DNA of 64,000 nt from Camelus ferus. Taxonomy: Eukaryota. Every line of letters begins with the position of its first letter. Position 1 is the first letter of the stretch. Location of the stretch: contig NC_045696.1 of the NCBI RefSeq assembly GCF_009834535.1, forward strand, positions 106,456,001 to 106,520,000. Reading direction: 5' to 3'. The notes under the pieces were generated by a model. The model worked only from the letters and a program-made list of their open reading frames with translations. It was not told the DNA's origin and did no database searches. Position numbers and translations under genes: made by a program. This document shows positions 1 to 11,539 of the stretch, in pieces.

Positions 1-537
1 CTTTGGCCCCATGTCCAGACTTGATTAGAACATTCTTTCGAACCTTGAATGATTCCTCATGGACTCTGAGTGGGTGTCAAAAGCCCAAGCAACTTATAAT
101 AGCTCCTGGAAGGGTGCCTGGCTTTGGTTTTTTGCAGTCGATGTTTTCAAACATTGTTAGCTACAGCGGACAACGTGTCTGGCATAATGATAGTGCCTGG
201 GGTGCCAGAAAGAGCAAGCTGTGGTCTCCCACCATAGGATTCAGTCCAGTGGTCAAAGGCATGGCCTGTCAAGCCTGTTTGCTTGCTGTTGATGGAACTG
301 TGCTCAACCCCTCTGCATTGTCCTGCTGTGTGCGCTTTGTTGGGGGCTCCCAAGCCTTTGCCCACCATGCCTTCAGCAGCCTGCTTGCCTGTCTTTGATG
401 CTCAGTTCATCCTCTCCCAGAAGCACCGGCACTGATCATGGTGACTTCCAGGCCAGCAGCAAGTTTGAGAGGCTTAGGAAAGGACAAGGATGGGACAAGA
501 GGTTCCCGTCTCCAAAGGGAACCTCTCTGTCTTCCAG

Positions 538-730
538 GATGCAAAGGGAATCCCTGCTCAGACCTTCAGACACGTGGATTCCCTCCTGCAAACCCAGCGG
601 AAGCAGAAGGTGGGGAAGTTTTCAGAATTTCTGAATCTGAGGAAGAAGCTCATCCAAAAAGCCACCAGCAGACTGAAGGAGAGACAAAGGAATGAGGCCC
701 CAGTGTCCCAGCCAGACAGCGAGGCTCCAG
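538..730 (+). CDS. DZIP1L: DZIP1L internal coding exon (DAKGIPAQTFRHVDSLLQ...SQPDSEAP); upstream exons lie outside the window
   Basis: Acceptor ctctctgtcttccag|GAT and donor CAG|gtgagc. Translation resembles human DZIP1L (DAKGISIQTLRHLESLL...KFSEFL) as recalled. 193 nt, ends in phase 1, compatible with the next exon. Confidence 0.9.
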
Positions 731-3401
731 GTGAGCTGGCAAGAAGGCTTCTCTGGGCTGTGACCCAGGAGGGTATGGGCTTGTTTGCACACAGGTGGGG
801 CATAATCCCTGTCCCCATCGGGGTGGTGCTCTGAAGGGCCAGATGATAGGGTCCTCACAGGTGGCTGAGTCCAAAAGTCCTCTGTTGACGAAGCAGAGTC
901 TGGGGGTGGGGTGGGTACATGGGTCCCTCAGGGAAGAGGAGGAGAGCCAGGGTCAGAGTTGTGGGCAGCCTCAAACTGTCCCTGTGCAGGCACACCGCCT
1001 CACTTAGCTCGGCACTGCTTTACTGGCATGGACCACAAGTTGAACTTTGCTTCAACAGAGAGCAGCCCATACCGTTTCTGAGTGTATATACGGGCTGTCA
1101 GGGCAGGGGCTGCAGGTGGAGGCTCGGCTTGGTCAGATGAATTCTCTGCTTGGTGCAGTGGGCGGATGTGGGAGGCTGGGCCAACTCTGTAGGCGGACAA
1201 ATCCTCAGGGCTCAGACTTGTTCCCTGGGCTGGGTTCAGCTGCTGCTTTGTCCCTGGGGGTTGTGACAAGGAAAGGCCCTGTGGTTCTCATAGAAGATTA
1301 AAGTGTGTGGGCGAGGACCCTCCAGTCTCTGTCCTCAAGGAACATAGGGAGCCAGGGAATTGTACTCTTTTGTTCTGGAGCCCCCTGTCTCTAGCAGGTT
1401 CCCAGATCCTCATGCAGGGTGTTGTCCTAGCTCCTCTCACTTCATCTCCTCCTCCGTCACTGACACAGGCAGCCAGAGGGAGGCCACTTCTGTTACACCC
1501 TCGAGTCCAGGCAGATCCAACCTGAGCTCTGGACACAAAGAAATATTTCCAGGGTGTGGGCCACACGTCTCTGGAGATATGAGAGATGATTTGAGTTGGT
1601 ACATGAAATAATAATTTTAAGATTTAATCTTTTTTTCATGTGCATTGGAGAAATATTACTAACTCATGGAAATGATTACTTGGATAAGTATAAAATGAGT
1701 TTCATGTTTCAGAGTGGTGTCATTTTATGTAAAATTGTTAAATGGAGAACAGGACAGTTGGTATGAGAATGTGGCAAAAATTGTGTCAGTGATCTGGAAA
1801 ACTCTGTCCTATTTAGTTTAAACATCTGGTCTTAAAAATTGCTAAGGAAAGGACAGTTTTTAGTCTTGCACAGAATTCGCAGACAGAAGGGTGTTGTCTT
1901 GTTTGCTAACCTGCCTTTCACAGAGCCCTCTACCTTGATGGTCATCCATCCTACATTCGGTTAATTTGGTGTAGTGCTTCCTGAGGTTGATCTGTGCCGG
2001 AGCCCCACCTCAGCTGGAAACCAGCCAGGACTAGGTGATGCAATGGGGCCCAGCACAGGGTGGTGGGAGCTCAGAGGACAGGGACGGGCACCCAGGGAAG
2101 ATGAATGGAAACCCCCTCTGAGCCCTGGTTTCAAGGAGAAGAGAAAGGTTTCCTGTTCTTGCAGGTGCCACCCTCCCCTCCAGCCCTGCTTCTGTGGACC
2201 CAAAGCCTGGAGTGGGAGCCGCCCCCCTTGTCTGTCTCCCCTTCCCTGGCCTTGGGTCCTGCTGTCTCTGGGGCCCATCACGTGAGCCAGCACTGTGTTC
2301 CCTCAGCATCTCGTAGGCCTCTTTCCAGCTCTGCGCCCCCATGCTCTCTTTCTAGGCCCCACGAGTGCTGTGCGAATGCTCACCTCCCGTCTCCACTCAG
2401 ACTATGCCTCTTTTGTTTGGGGCAAAGCTGTGGGATGTAGTGAAGTCAAGAGTCTTAGATTTGGGTGGTGGAAAACCTGGGTTTGCATCTACCACTTACT
2501 TCCATGGAATCGTGGGTCTTGAGCAAGTTCCCAAATCTCTGGAAGCCTGTCTGGGGCTCAGTGGATATTGTGTGCAAGGTACTTAGCTTGGTCTGTGCAC
2601 AGTGATTGTAGCTACTATTGTTATTGTCCCTCAGCAAGCTCACCCGCCCTTCCCTGGAAGGCCCACTTCTGTGTCTGTGCATTCTCTGAAAGCCATGCAT
2701 TTCAAATGTTTTTGATTTTGAGCTACAGTAAGAAGTGCATTTTACACAGTCCACAGGTGTAAGAGTTTCGTGAGACAGTACTTACCTGGACTCCCTGTGA
2801 TGCACTTTCTCTCCTCTTCTGTCTCCTCTTTCCGTAAAAAATTGCTGATCCTGGATTCCTCTCCCCCCGCCGGGTCTTCTTGTGATTTGGAATGAAGTGG
2901 CAGTGTCTAATTGCCTTAAACGCTTCTGCGACACGTGGAGGTCAGGGAGGATGGTGTGTGGGGATCTTGATGGTCCAGGTGGTCCTGCGACGACCTCTGG
3001 TGGCAGCCAGGCCTTCCTGCAAGGCTGCCTGCACTCCAGCCGCTGCAGGTGGGGTGAGAAGAGAGGGTGGGTGGCCTCTGCCAGGTCCGCTTCTAGGACA
3101 GTGTCTGGGTGAGCTGCAGACAGGCCGGGCCCTTCCTCAGACCTGCTGCATCCTGGACGTGACCGCGGGACACCAGCTGTTCTCCTGGTCTCTGGTGAAA
3201 CCTCAAGTGCCAGCCGTAGGTCTGTGCAGCAGTGGGACGCCCGAGGTGGGGGAGATGATTCAGTCTGCTGTGGTGATGACAGTAGCCCTGCAACAGAGTG
3301 AAGGGTCCATCTCCGGCATCTCGGAGCCTCCTTCTGCATCCTCTCAGGCATGATGGCCCATAAGGGTATGCCCTGAATCTCGTTCTTATCTGTGTTTCTA
3401 G

Positions 3402-3570
3402 TCAAAAGCCAGGAGAGCCCACTGGTCACCAAAAAGGCCCAGCCAGAGGTCAGCACCCTGCGTGTGGCATCCAAGCCGGCAGAGCCACCTGTGACACCCC
3501 CTGGGAGGCCCACCCCTGCTCCACGCTCCAGACCCTCAGGCACCCTGGCTGCCCCCGGGTCCAGGCTGAG
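3402..3570 (+). CDS. DZIP1L: DZIP1L coding exon (VKSQESPLVTKKAQPEVSTLRVASKPAEPP...)
   Basis: tgtgtttctag| acceptor and GAG|gtgagt donor; 169 nt, phase 1 to 2; similar to human VKSQQSTLVTREAQPK. Confidence 0.88.
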
Positions 3571-3978
3571 GTGAGTCCTGGGCTCTGCATTCTCTCACCG
3601 GACCTATGGCGTGGCTCCCGCCTCAGGCAGCCCTGTCCTAGGCCCGCAGGCTTCTATGGACAGGTGAGGGGCAGACAGAAGTGAAAGGGAAGCTCAGGCG
3701 GGCCCAGCCCAAACTCCCAAGAAGAGCCCAAGGTCCTCCGCTCCCAGCCAGGACACATCTACCCTCCCCTTGCGCACTTGTCCCCAAGCCCCAGTAGCCA
3801 CCCTGGAAGGAGCTGGAGGGGCGGCTGCTCTCCAGGTGACTCCTGACTGGCATCTGGGCCCCAGGGAGGGAGCAAGGCTGGCTCTGGGTGAAGCAGGCAA
3901 GCTTGCCAGTGGGCAGGTATGGCTTTTAACATTTTCCTTCCGACCCACGCATTCTGCATGTCTTCTCCTCCCCAGCAG

Positions 3979-4148
3979 CACGCCCCCTTTCAGTTCTGAA
4001 GAGGACTCAGAGGGAGATTCCAGGCCGCGTGGGTCTCTCCCGCCTCCGAGACATCCTTCGAGGATGAGGCCCTGGCCCCAGGATGACTGGGACTGGTCTG
4101 ACACTGAGACCTCGAAGGGGAGCACCCACTCCTCTGGTAAGGGCTCAG
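3979..4148 (+). CDS. DZIP1L: DZIP1L coding exon (STPPFSSEEDSEGD...DDWDWSDTETS...GKGS)
   Basis: Carries the conserved DZIP1L motifs STPPFSSEEDSEG and DDWDWSDTETS. Acceptor ccccagcag|, donor CAG|gtgggc; phase 2 to 1. Exact boundaries are ambiguous (see findings). Confidence 0.88.
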
Positions 4149-4740
4149 GTGGGCTGGCTTCCTCAGGTGAGGAAGGTTTTCTTATAAAATTATTAACGAG
4201 GCCTGCAAGATCCTGGTTTCAGTTGCATTTTCGAGTTAAGACTTAAAGAATGTGGAACTTGAGAGTGATATCTTTCCAAAATGAGGAGGCGTGAGCACTG
4301 AGGTATAAGCCCAGGCTCGTGCAGCCCGCCAAGTCCACGGTCCGCGTGGATCCTGCAGCACTGTGTCCCGGTACAGTGCGCTCTGGGCCGCCAGTCCATC
4401 AGAAACCCCCAGAAGCAGATCTCTGGAGAAGGAGTGACCACCTGGCAGGCGGGGTGATAGGGTGGAAACGTCTAGGAGCCAGGAGGCAGGAGTCCTCGGA
4501 CACAGCCTGGGCTCTGTGGCTGGCGACGTGCATGTGCTTGTCTGAGGGGTTTCGGTTCCTCTGTTGTAAAATGAGGCATCTGGCCTGATGAGTCATGAGG
4601 GGTGAGGAGTGAAGTGTCTGAATAGAGCAGGCCCTTAACCAACAGTTTTTGGTCGGCCAGCCGAGGGCTGTTGTTGCTCCAGGCGTCTGCTCCCGCCTCA
4701 GGCGTTTGAATCCTGGAAGGCCTCGGCTAGCTTCCCACTT

Positions 4741-4881
4741 CTTTTTTTTTTAAAAAACAACTTTATTGTGGTATAATTTCTGTAAACTACACATATTTCA
4801 GATGTACAATTTGATGAATTTTGATAGATGCATACACCTCTGAAACCACTGCCACAATCAAGAATGCTAGCATTTCCATCA
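4741..4881 (-). mobile_element. Old L1 (L1MB/MC-like) 3' end
   Basis: T-tract followed by 'actttattgtggtataattt...gtacaatttgatgaattttga', a typical L1M 3' terminus in reverse. Confidence 0.7.
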
Positions 4882-4882
4882 G

Positions 4883-5250
4883 GTGCAAATTTCAAACTCC
4901 CGATTTATCCCTTCCCTCCCCCTTTACTCCACTGGTAACCATGAGTCTGTTCTCTATGTCTGTGAGTCTGTTTCTGTTCTGTAAGTAAGTTCATTTGTGT
5001 CTTTTTATTTTATTTTTTTTAAGATTCCACATAGGAGTGGTATCATATGGTATTTTTCTTTCTCTTTCTGGCTTACTTCACTTAGAATGATGATCTCCAG
5101 GTCCATCCATGTTGCTGCAAATGGCGTTAATTTATTCTTTTTTATGGCTGAGAAGTATTTCATTGTATAAATATACCACAACTTCTTCATCCAGTCATCT
5201 GTCGATGGACATTTAGGTTGTTTCCATGTCGTGGCTATTATAAATAGTGC
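4883..5250 (-). mobile_element. Younger L1 fragment (end of ORF2 plus part of 3' UTR)
   Basis: ORF 5005..5292 gives [32 protein letters not shown], the L1 ORF2 C-terminus; closely similar to the copies at 24900-25200 and 43290-43610. Confidence 0.9.
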
Positions 5251-5772
5251 CAGCTCCCTATCCTTGGCCAGTCCCGTGGTCTGGACGTCCACCTTGCTTT
5301 ACCGTGTCACCAGGAGCCCATTGATAAAGTAGTTCACTGTCCAGCCCCATTCCTGCACAGAGTTCACGCAAAGCGTGTCCAGCCCTCAGACCTTCTGTGC
5401 TAATTTATATTTATGATCTTTGTTTCTCCGTGAAGACGTTGAAGGAGGAACTGCACATTAGTCTTGTAGTTCATTTACCAACTGAGCAGGGGTTCCTGCC
5501 CAGCCTCTGGTTGAGAGGGAAGGGCCCCTTCCTAAGCCTCCGTCCCCAGCCGTGTCTTTAAGTGCATAGGACACTTTCAGGACATTCAAACCCTCTTGTC
5601 CCAGCACACATTGGCCTGGGCCCTCTCTCTTTTTTGCCCCTCTTTTTTGCAGTGCTCTTCTCACTTCCTTCTGACCCCTCTCCGCTCTCCCCTCCTGCAC
5701 ACCAGAGCCTGGACATGACCCATAAGGATGACGCATTCGTATTCCGTGCTTTTCCCTCTGCTCGCCTTCCAG

Positions 5773-5912
5773 GAACACTGGTGCAGTCACTGGTCAAAAA
5801 CCTCGAGAAGCAGCTGGAGGCACCGGCCAAGAAGCCTGCTGGAGGGGTCAGTCTGTTCTTAATGCCCGGCGCTGGGCCACAGAGGGATGCCGCACCAGGA
5901 GGGAAGCCTCAG
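5773..5912 (+). CDS. DZIP1L: DZIP1L penultimate exon (GTLVQSLVKNLEKQLEAPAKKPAGGVSLF...GGKPQ)
   Basis: cgccttccag| acceptor and CAG|gtagga donor; 140 nt, phase 1 to 0; near-identical to the recalled human sequence. Confidence 0.93.
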
Positions 5913-7436
5913 GTAGGATGGGGGACCTTGGAGGCTGCCCTGCAGTTTCCTCCAGAGCCAGCTCTGAGTTCGAGGGCCCAGGGGTGGGGGCTGGGGAAGG
6001 GTCCAGCAAGTGTCCGCCTTGGCCCTAGAGTGACATTTGCAGGTGACCTCGCTGCCTCCTCTGCCTCTGTCCTGGTGGAGGAGGGCCACTTTCCAATGCT
6101 GCTTGTTTGTGTCCTTGTTAACATTAAAAAGCCTTGTGATTCATTATACAAACAACTGCTCAGTGGGCTGTTTTTTTTGGCCATTTGAGCTCCCACTTCT
6201 GCCTCTGATGGAGCCCAGGACCCCAGCGCCAAGCTGCAGGCGAGCAGAGTTCTCCACAAGGGCGGGGTGCTGGAGTGGCATCACACAGCACGTCAGAGTA
6301 GGACACAGCGCACGGTGGGGATATCCAGACCCCTTTGTTCTACGTATTCAAGGCCACTCCTCATCACTAAAAATGTCTCGATGGCCTTGCCTTTCTCAGT
6401 CTCTAACCACCGTCAGATTTAGGGCCCAGATGCTCAGCCTCCCAGGCCATGACGGTTAGGATATCCTCCTCACTGCCCCGACCCCCATCAGGGTAACTTC
6501 CATATTCCTGTTACTTTCTTAGGCAGAAACATTTAGAGCTCTTGCTACTTTCCAGTCCTTTCTCAATCAAAAAGGCACCTCCTGGGATGACCTATGCTAT
6601 GGCCCTAAAATTCAGAAATAGTGGACAGTCTCTCCTCCAACACCTTTTACTCCATGATGTGTTTGGTTTGTTATGCAGCTCATGTGTACTTGTGAGTAAT
6701 GAGCCCAAATACTCTTTTAAAAATTATTCATCCCTTTTCCCATATGTGAAAGAGCCCCGGCAGCCCTAAGCAGGTTGAGGCCCTGCTCAGAGAGTGCTGG
6801 CCACCCCAGGCCCTGGTGGTTTCTGACTGACTGGCCTTATGTTCCAGGGGAAAACCGTAGGTTGTGTGTATGAAAGCCCAGGTGGCCTGGGCCTCTTGTG
6901 GCAGCAGGGGCACTGAGCGCTCTGGAAGGGTGCCCGTGGTTTCAGGGACAGCTTGGGTGGCTTCCCTGTTGGTGCAGCCCAGACCCTCTCCAGGCAGAAG
7001 GATTTCTGGCAATCGGCAGTTCCCCTCCTGCTTCTGTGGTCAGAGTGTTTCCCAGGCCCTGGAGAAGCAGTCTGTGGCAGGTGGGGTGGGTGCATTCAGC
7101 TCGGGAATTCGGAGAAGTGGAGGCTCTGGGCTTCCAGATCCACCAATGTAGGGAGTTAAAAAATCTGGACAAAGTTTAAGTTATAGCCAGAGCCACGTGA
7201 TCTGCTCTCGGCCCTCCCGAGGAGCTTGCGTTGATTTGGCCAGTGGAATGTCAGGGGTGTTTGACATCTCTCTGACCCCAGGCCTCGGAAGCAGGTTCTC
7301 AAAGGGAAACGAGGGCAGGAGGAGTAGCGGCCCCCTAACTGCTTTCTTCCAAATCTGCGTTTTGTCCCCATGTCCAACCAGAGTGACCATCCTCCCTTGT
7401 CAGATGCATTTTCGTTTCCCCCTTTCCTCCCTGCAG

Positions 7437-7592
7437 CTTTCTGAAGATGACAGTGACTTGGAGATCTCTTCCTTGGAAGATCTCCCCCAGGACCTGAACC
7501 AGAGAGAGAAACCGAAGCCCCTGTCAAAGCTCCCAGAGGAGTTTGGTGCTAGCTCTTGGAGCCCTGGTCAACCGAGGGTCCCTGGCTGGTGA
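7437..7592 (+). CDS. DZIP1L: DZIP1L last coding exon (LSEDDSDLEISSLEDLP...QPRVPGW*)
   Basis: Long polypyrimidine tract plus ctgcag|; TGA at 7590-7592; matches the recalled human C-terminus LSEDESDLEISSLEDLP...QPRVPAW. Confidence 0.93.
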   Translation, partial: LSEDDSDLEISSLEDLPQDLNQREKPKPLSKLPEEFGASSWSPGQPRVPGW

Positions 7593-8390
7593 CCCTGCCC
7601 GGGAGCCCGGCGGCCAGAGGACCGACCTTGTTGCCTAGCTGGGACCGGCTCAGGGCCCACCCCAACAGATGGGGCTGCTGGGCCTCTTGCCTTCGCCAGT
7701 ACCCAGGAAGTCTTCTGCCTTGGAGAGAAGCAGAGCAGAAGACGGATGTGTTGTCTCCTGCCTCCTGTGAGGGGCCCTGCCTGAGCGCCACGGGTGTCTG
7801 GTGTGCACCCAGGTTCCAGGGCTGGAGAAGGAGCTGTAACAGGACCTCAGAGCAGGATCCTTCCTTCACCTCCACATTCACTCCAGGCAGAGGAGACACT
7901 TGGTCTTTACTCCGGAGCGTTTTGTAAACCTGAAGGAACATGGTGGGGATGGATCTTTTATGGGGTCCTTTTTGGAACTTATGCCTCAGTCAGTCATTCC
8001 AATCATTCAGTGACTGATCCAAAGCCATTCACTGAGGTCCTCTCACTGCCTAGTTGGGGTGCAGGCAGAGGTGGGCGGCAGAGAGGACGGGGTCGTGATC
8101 TAGTGACAGAGATTAGGATGTTACGGGGACATAGACGGAGCCTCCCAGTGCAGCGGGAGGAGACCTTGAAGAGCTCCCAGAGCTGATGTCTGGCCAGGCT
8201 TGCTCATGGTGGAGAGGGAAGGAGGCTACTTGGCTGGGGCCTCATATCCCCAAAGGACCACAAATTAAATTTTTGATATGATTTCTAAAATTAGGTTTAT
8301 ATGTATATAAACACTGTGTTTTTTTAAATGTAAAAAGCATTAGTTTATTATATGTGAACATTTAAATACAGCATGATGTTTATCACCCTC
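7593..8390 (+). other. DZIP1L: Probable DZIP1L 3' UTR
   Basis: Follows the stop codon. AT-rich island at 8260-8410 with variant poly(A) hexamers ATTAAA (8264-8269) and AATACA (8365-8370), then a U/GU-rich stretch. End point inferred. Confidence 0.5.
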
Positions 8391-9429
8391 TGGTATTTCT
8401 TCATTGTTTGGGAGCTTCAGCAGGGTCTGGAGCCGTCTGTATCTCCACCGTGTGGGTTTAGGGCCTTTGGGATGTAGTCGCTGAGATAGAGTTAGGATGC
8501 AGGTGGTTGGTTGGGGAGTCTTGCCTGTGAAAGTTGAGGGAGGAAGCCTGATCAGCAGGGGAAGCCCTCAGGCGCAATGCAGGTCTGACCTCCGAGAAGA
8601 GAGAGAGCAGGGAGCCTGATGGGTAGGGAGAGTCCCAGGCCACCACGGTTGACATCTCTGCCAACCCAGTGGGAGCTCCAGAGATGGGCAGAAATGGCCA
8701 GGACTTCGTGCCCCTACCCTGCTTGGCCATTGGTTGGGGCAGCCCAGGAAAGTGAGGCCTAGTTGAAGTGCGATTTTTTTTTCCTTAAAGGGAGACCCAG
8801 CTGTGTGCCTCCAGGCCCCACAAATAGAGGGAATTGAGTGATGAACCCATGTCCCAACACCCAACTTCAACTGTTACCAACTCAACTCGTGGCCATTCTT
8901 GCTTCATCTATCTCTCTCCACTACCTCGGGTCTCTGCCTGTCCCCAGTCCTTCATCCAGGCTTCTTTTCCTCCCTGGGTGGTCCCGATACCTGGGCTAAG
9001 CCCTGAAGGTCTAGCAGGAGGAACCAGTGGAAGTGAGGGAGGAAAGGCAATGCAAAGGGGATCTGATGGGTGGAGGCTTGGGGATATCATGGTATCAGGT
9101 GTTTCAGTGAAGCTAGAGCACTGTCTATGAAGGGCCTTCTGTGAGAAGTAGGGCCGGCCCAGTCCTGGCTGTTCAGGGATGAATTCCCTTTGTGTATCTT
9201 ATACCTTTTGAACAACCAAGTCACAACCACGGGCAGTGTGGGGAGGGAGGGGCAGTGAGTGGGGAGTGCTGCTGGGGGTTCATTCCTCTCGGGATTCTGC
9301 CAACAAAATTACATTTTCCAAGTGACAAACTTCGGGCAAGGGAGGTTAAAAAGATGCTTGTGGGGTTTCTTGCCACATTCTGGTTTTCCACAGTTCTGAG
9401 CACACTGCTGATGCTAGCCCCCCATATCA

Positions 9430-9848
9430 CATGTACACCCTGGAGGTTCTGCTTTTTGGCCTCAGGGTTGTCTCTGACCCTGTGGGAGGTTGCACAGGCT
9501 ACTTGCAGGTACAACCTGAAAGTGCCAGAGAGCTGACCTCACCAGGGCAGCCCACACCCAAGGCGGGGTGGGAGTTGGTGAGTATTTGCCCCAGGCTCCC
9601 TGTGCTTTGGTGGGACCATTCTGAGGTTTATTCCCTAGTTTCTCAGAGAGTCCCCCGCGGGAGTGAATCCGGTTGCCTCCAGCAGTTACAATTTATTAAC
9701 TCCCCCTTTAATTGGCCTTTCCCCCTCCTGTTTCATTTTTCTCACTCTTTCACTTCTGCTTCTTGGGATCACCTCTGAAACAGATTAACCTGGACCCAAG
9801 TCCTTGCCTCAGGCTCTGCTTTCAGGGGCACCCGAGTGAAATAGACAT
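9430..9848 (+). mobile_element. LTR16-like (ERVL) solo LTR
   Basis: 3' part 'cttgggatcacctc...aagtccttgcctcaggctctgctttcaggggcacccg' resembles the recalled LTR16 consensus end. Confidence 0.65.
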
Positions 9849-10074
9849 GAGTGCACATGTGTTTTGCACGAGCACAAACACGCTGGTGATACTCGTCCAT
9901 GAGAATGACTGTTCCTGAATGTTCAGTATTAAGTTCTATGTTTCCAGATCTGTTTTTCCATCTACTTTGGAGACTGAAGCATTAGTTTTGCATTTCTATG
10001 CTGTTTACCTCTCCCCACTTTCAAATACATTTACATTTTGGGGGGCAAGGTTTATAAGAACTTTGGAACATAGG

Positions 10075-10556
10075 TGTATCAGGGTTCTCCAGAGAAACAA
10101 ACAATAGGACATAGATGCAGATACAGACATAAATACAGATAAGAGGAAATTTATGATAGGAATTGGCTCATGTAATTATGGGGGCCCAGAAGTCCCATGA
10201 TCTGCTGTCTGCAGGCTGGAGAACTGGGAAAGCCACTGCTGTCAGTCATAGAGTCTGAAGTCCCGGGAACCAGGAGCTCCAACATCCAAGGGCAGGAGAA
10301 GATGGATGTCTCAGCTCAGGAAGACATAGCTATATAGTCCTTCTTCCCCCTTCTGCCTTTTTGCTCTCTTTGGGTCCTCAGTGGATTGGATGATGCCCAG
10401 CCTTGCTGACGAGGGTGGATTTTCTTCCCTCAGTCTCCTGATTCAAATGCCAGTCTCTTCCCAAAGCATCCTGAGAGACATCCAGAAATAAGGTTTTACT
10501 AGCTACCTGAGCATCACTTAGCCCAGGCAAGTTGACACATAAAATTAACCATCACA
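10075..10556 (-). mobile_element. MLT2-family (ERVL) solo LTR
   Basis: Reverse strand begins TGTGATGGTTAATTTTATGTGTCAACTTG, the MLT2 5' end; the other end is 'tgtatcagggttctccagagaaaca'. Confidence 0.88.
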
Positions 10557-10999
10557 ACATGTAGCATATTAAATTGTTTAAAAAGTGTCCAAGCAATGAA
10601 ATTGATGTAGAAGAATTAGAAAACACAGATAATCAAAAAGAAAAATAAATTTGAATAACCCCCAAATCCAGAGTCAATTACTAGGTATACATGCACTGAT
10701 TAAAAAAAAATACATGTCTCCTTCCTAGGGTTCAACTATATTTATTCTTCCCTAGCTTGATTTTACCTCTTGAAAATAATTATAAACATCCCTCCATCAG
10801 TACATTTGTTTCACACAATTGTATTTATTGGCCATATAGTATTACAAGGTAAAGATTACAAAAATTTATTTAACCAGGCATTTCCACTTTGGGTTTTTGA
10901 TAAATCATGGAATGATAAATGTGTATATACATCTTTGTGCACTTGATTAAGTTTTCCTTAGTACTTAGAAGTGAGGTTGTTGGACCAACATCGTAATGA

Positions 11000-11215
11000 A
11001 AGCCAGCACTCTGTGCCAGGCACGGGTCCAAGTCTCTCACGGACATTCGCTGACTGAAACTCACAGCAACTCTGAAGTGGTGCTCCTAATTCAGTCATTT
11101 TAGGACTAGGAGCTGAGACAGACCAGTTAAGAAACTTGCTTTGAGTCCTGTCTCTTATAAGTGGTACAACTGGGATCTGACCTGGCCAGCGGGACTTGGA
11201 GCCCTGGCTCCTTAC
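11000..11215 (-). mobile_element. MIR SINE
   Basis: Degenerate MIR core (ctgtgccaggcac...tcacagcaactctgaag...cattttag...gagctgagac...gttaagaaacttgc). Confidence 0.6.
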
Positions 11216-11539
11216 TGTGTCCTTCTGGGGATTTTGGTTACATATTGCTAAACGCTCTCCAGAAAACCTGAGCCAATTGAATGTGATGTTTGAGATGCTC
11301 GCTTTCACATTCCCTTGCCACTAGGGGGTATCGTTCATCTTTAAATGTTTGGACAACTTGCTAGGCGAGAAATGAAACCTCACCATTTAAAGATTTTGCA
11401 TGTTTTAGTTTTCTTCTAATGTAGGATTCTTTTTTGTTCTCATACCGATTATTTTTATGTTTTCTTTTACAAATTACCTGATCATATTCTTAGCCCATTT
11501 TTTTCCTCAGTTGATGTAATTAACTTTCTCTGCTGCTTT

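Noticed and set aside
1545..1810. AT-rich island in a DZIP1L intron, possibly a hAT-Charlie MITE
   Set aside because: Too degenerate to assign a family or termini by eye.
2782..3543. 253-aa minus-strand ORF, the longest in the track
   Set aside because: Antisense to a DZIP1L exon and intron in GC-rich sequence, non-ATG start, no recognisable domain; consistent with a chance ORF.
5562..6188. 208-aa ORF as a stand-alone gene
   Set aside because: Only 5773-5912 is exonic (DZIP1L); the rest is open intron.
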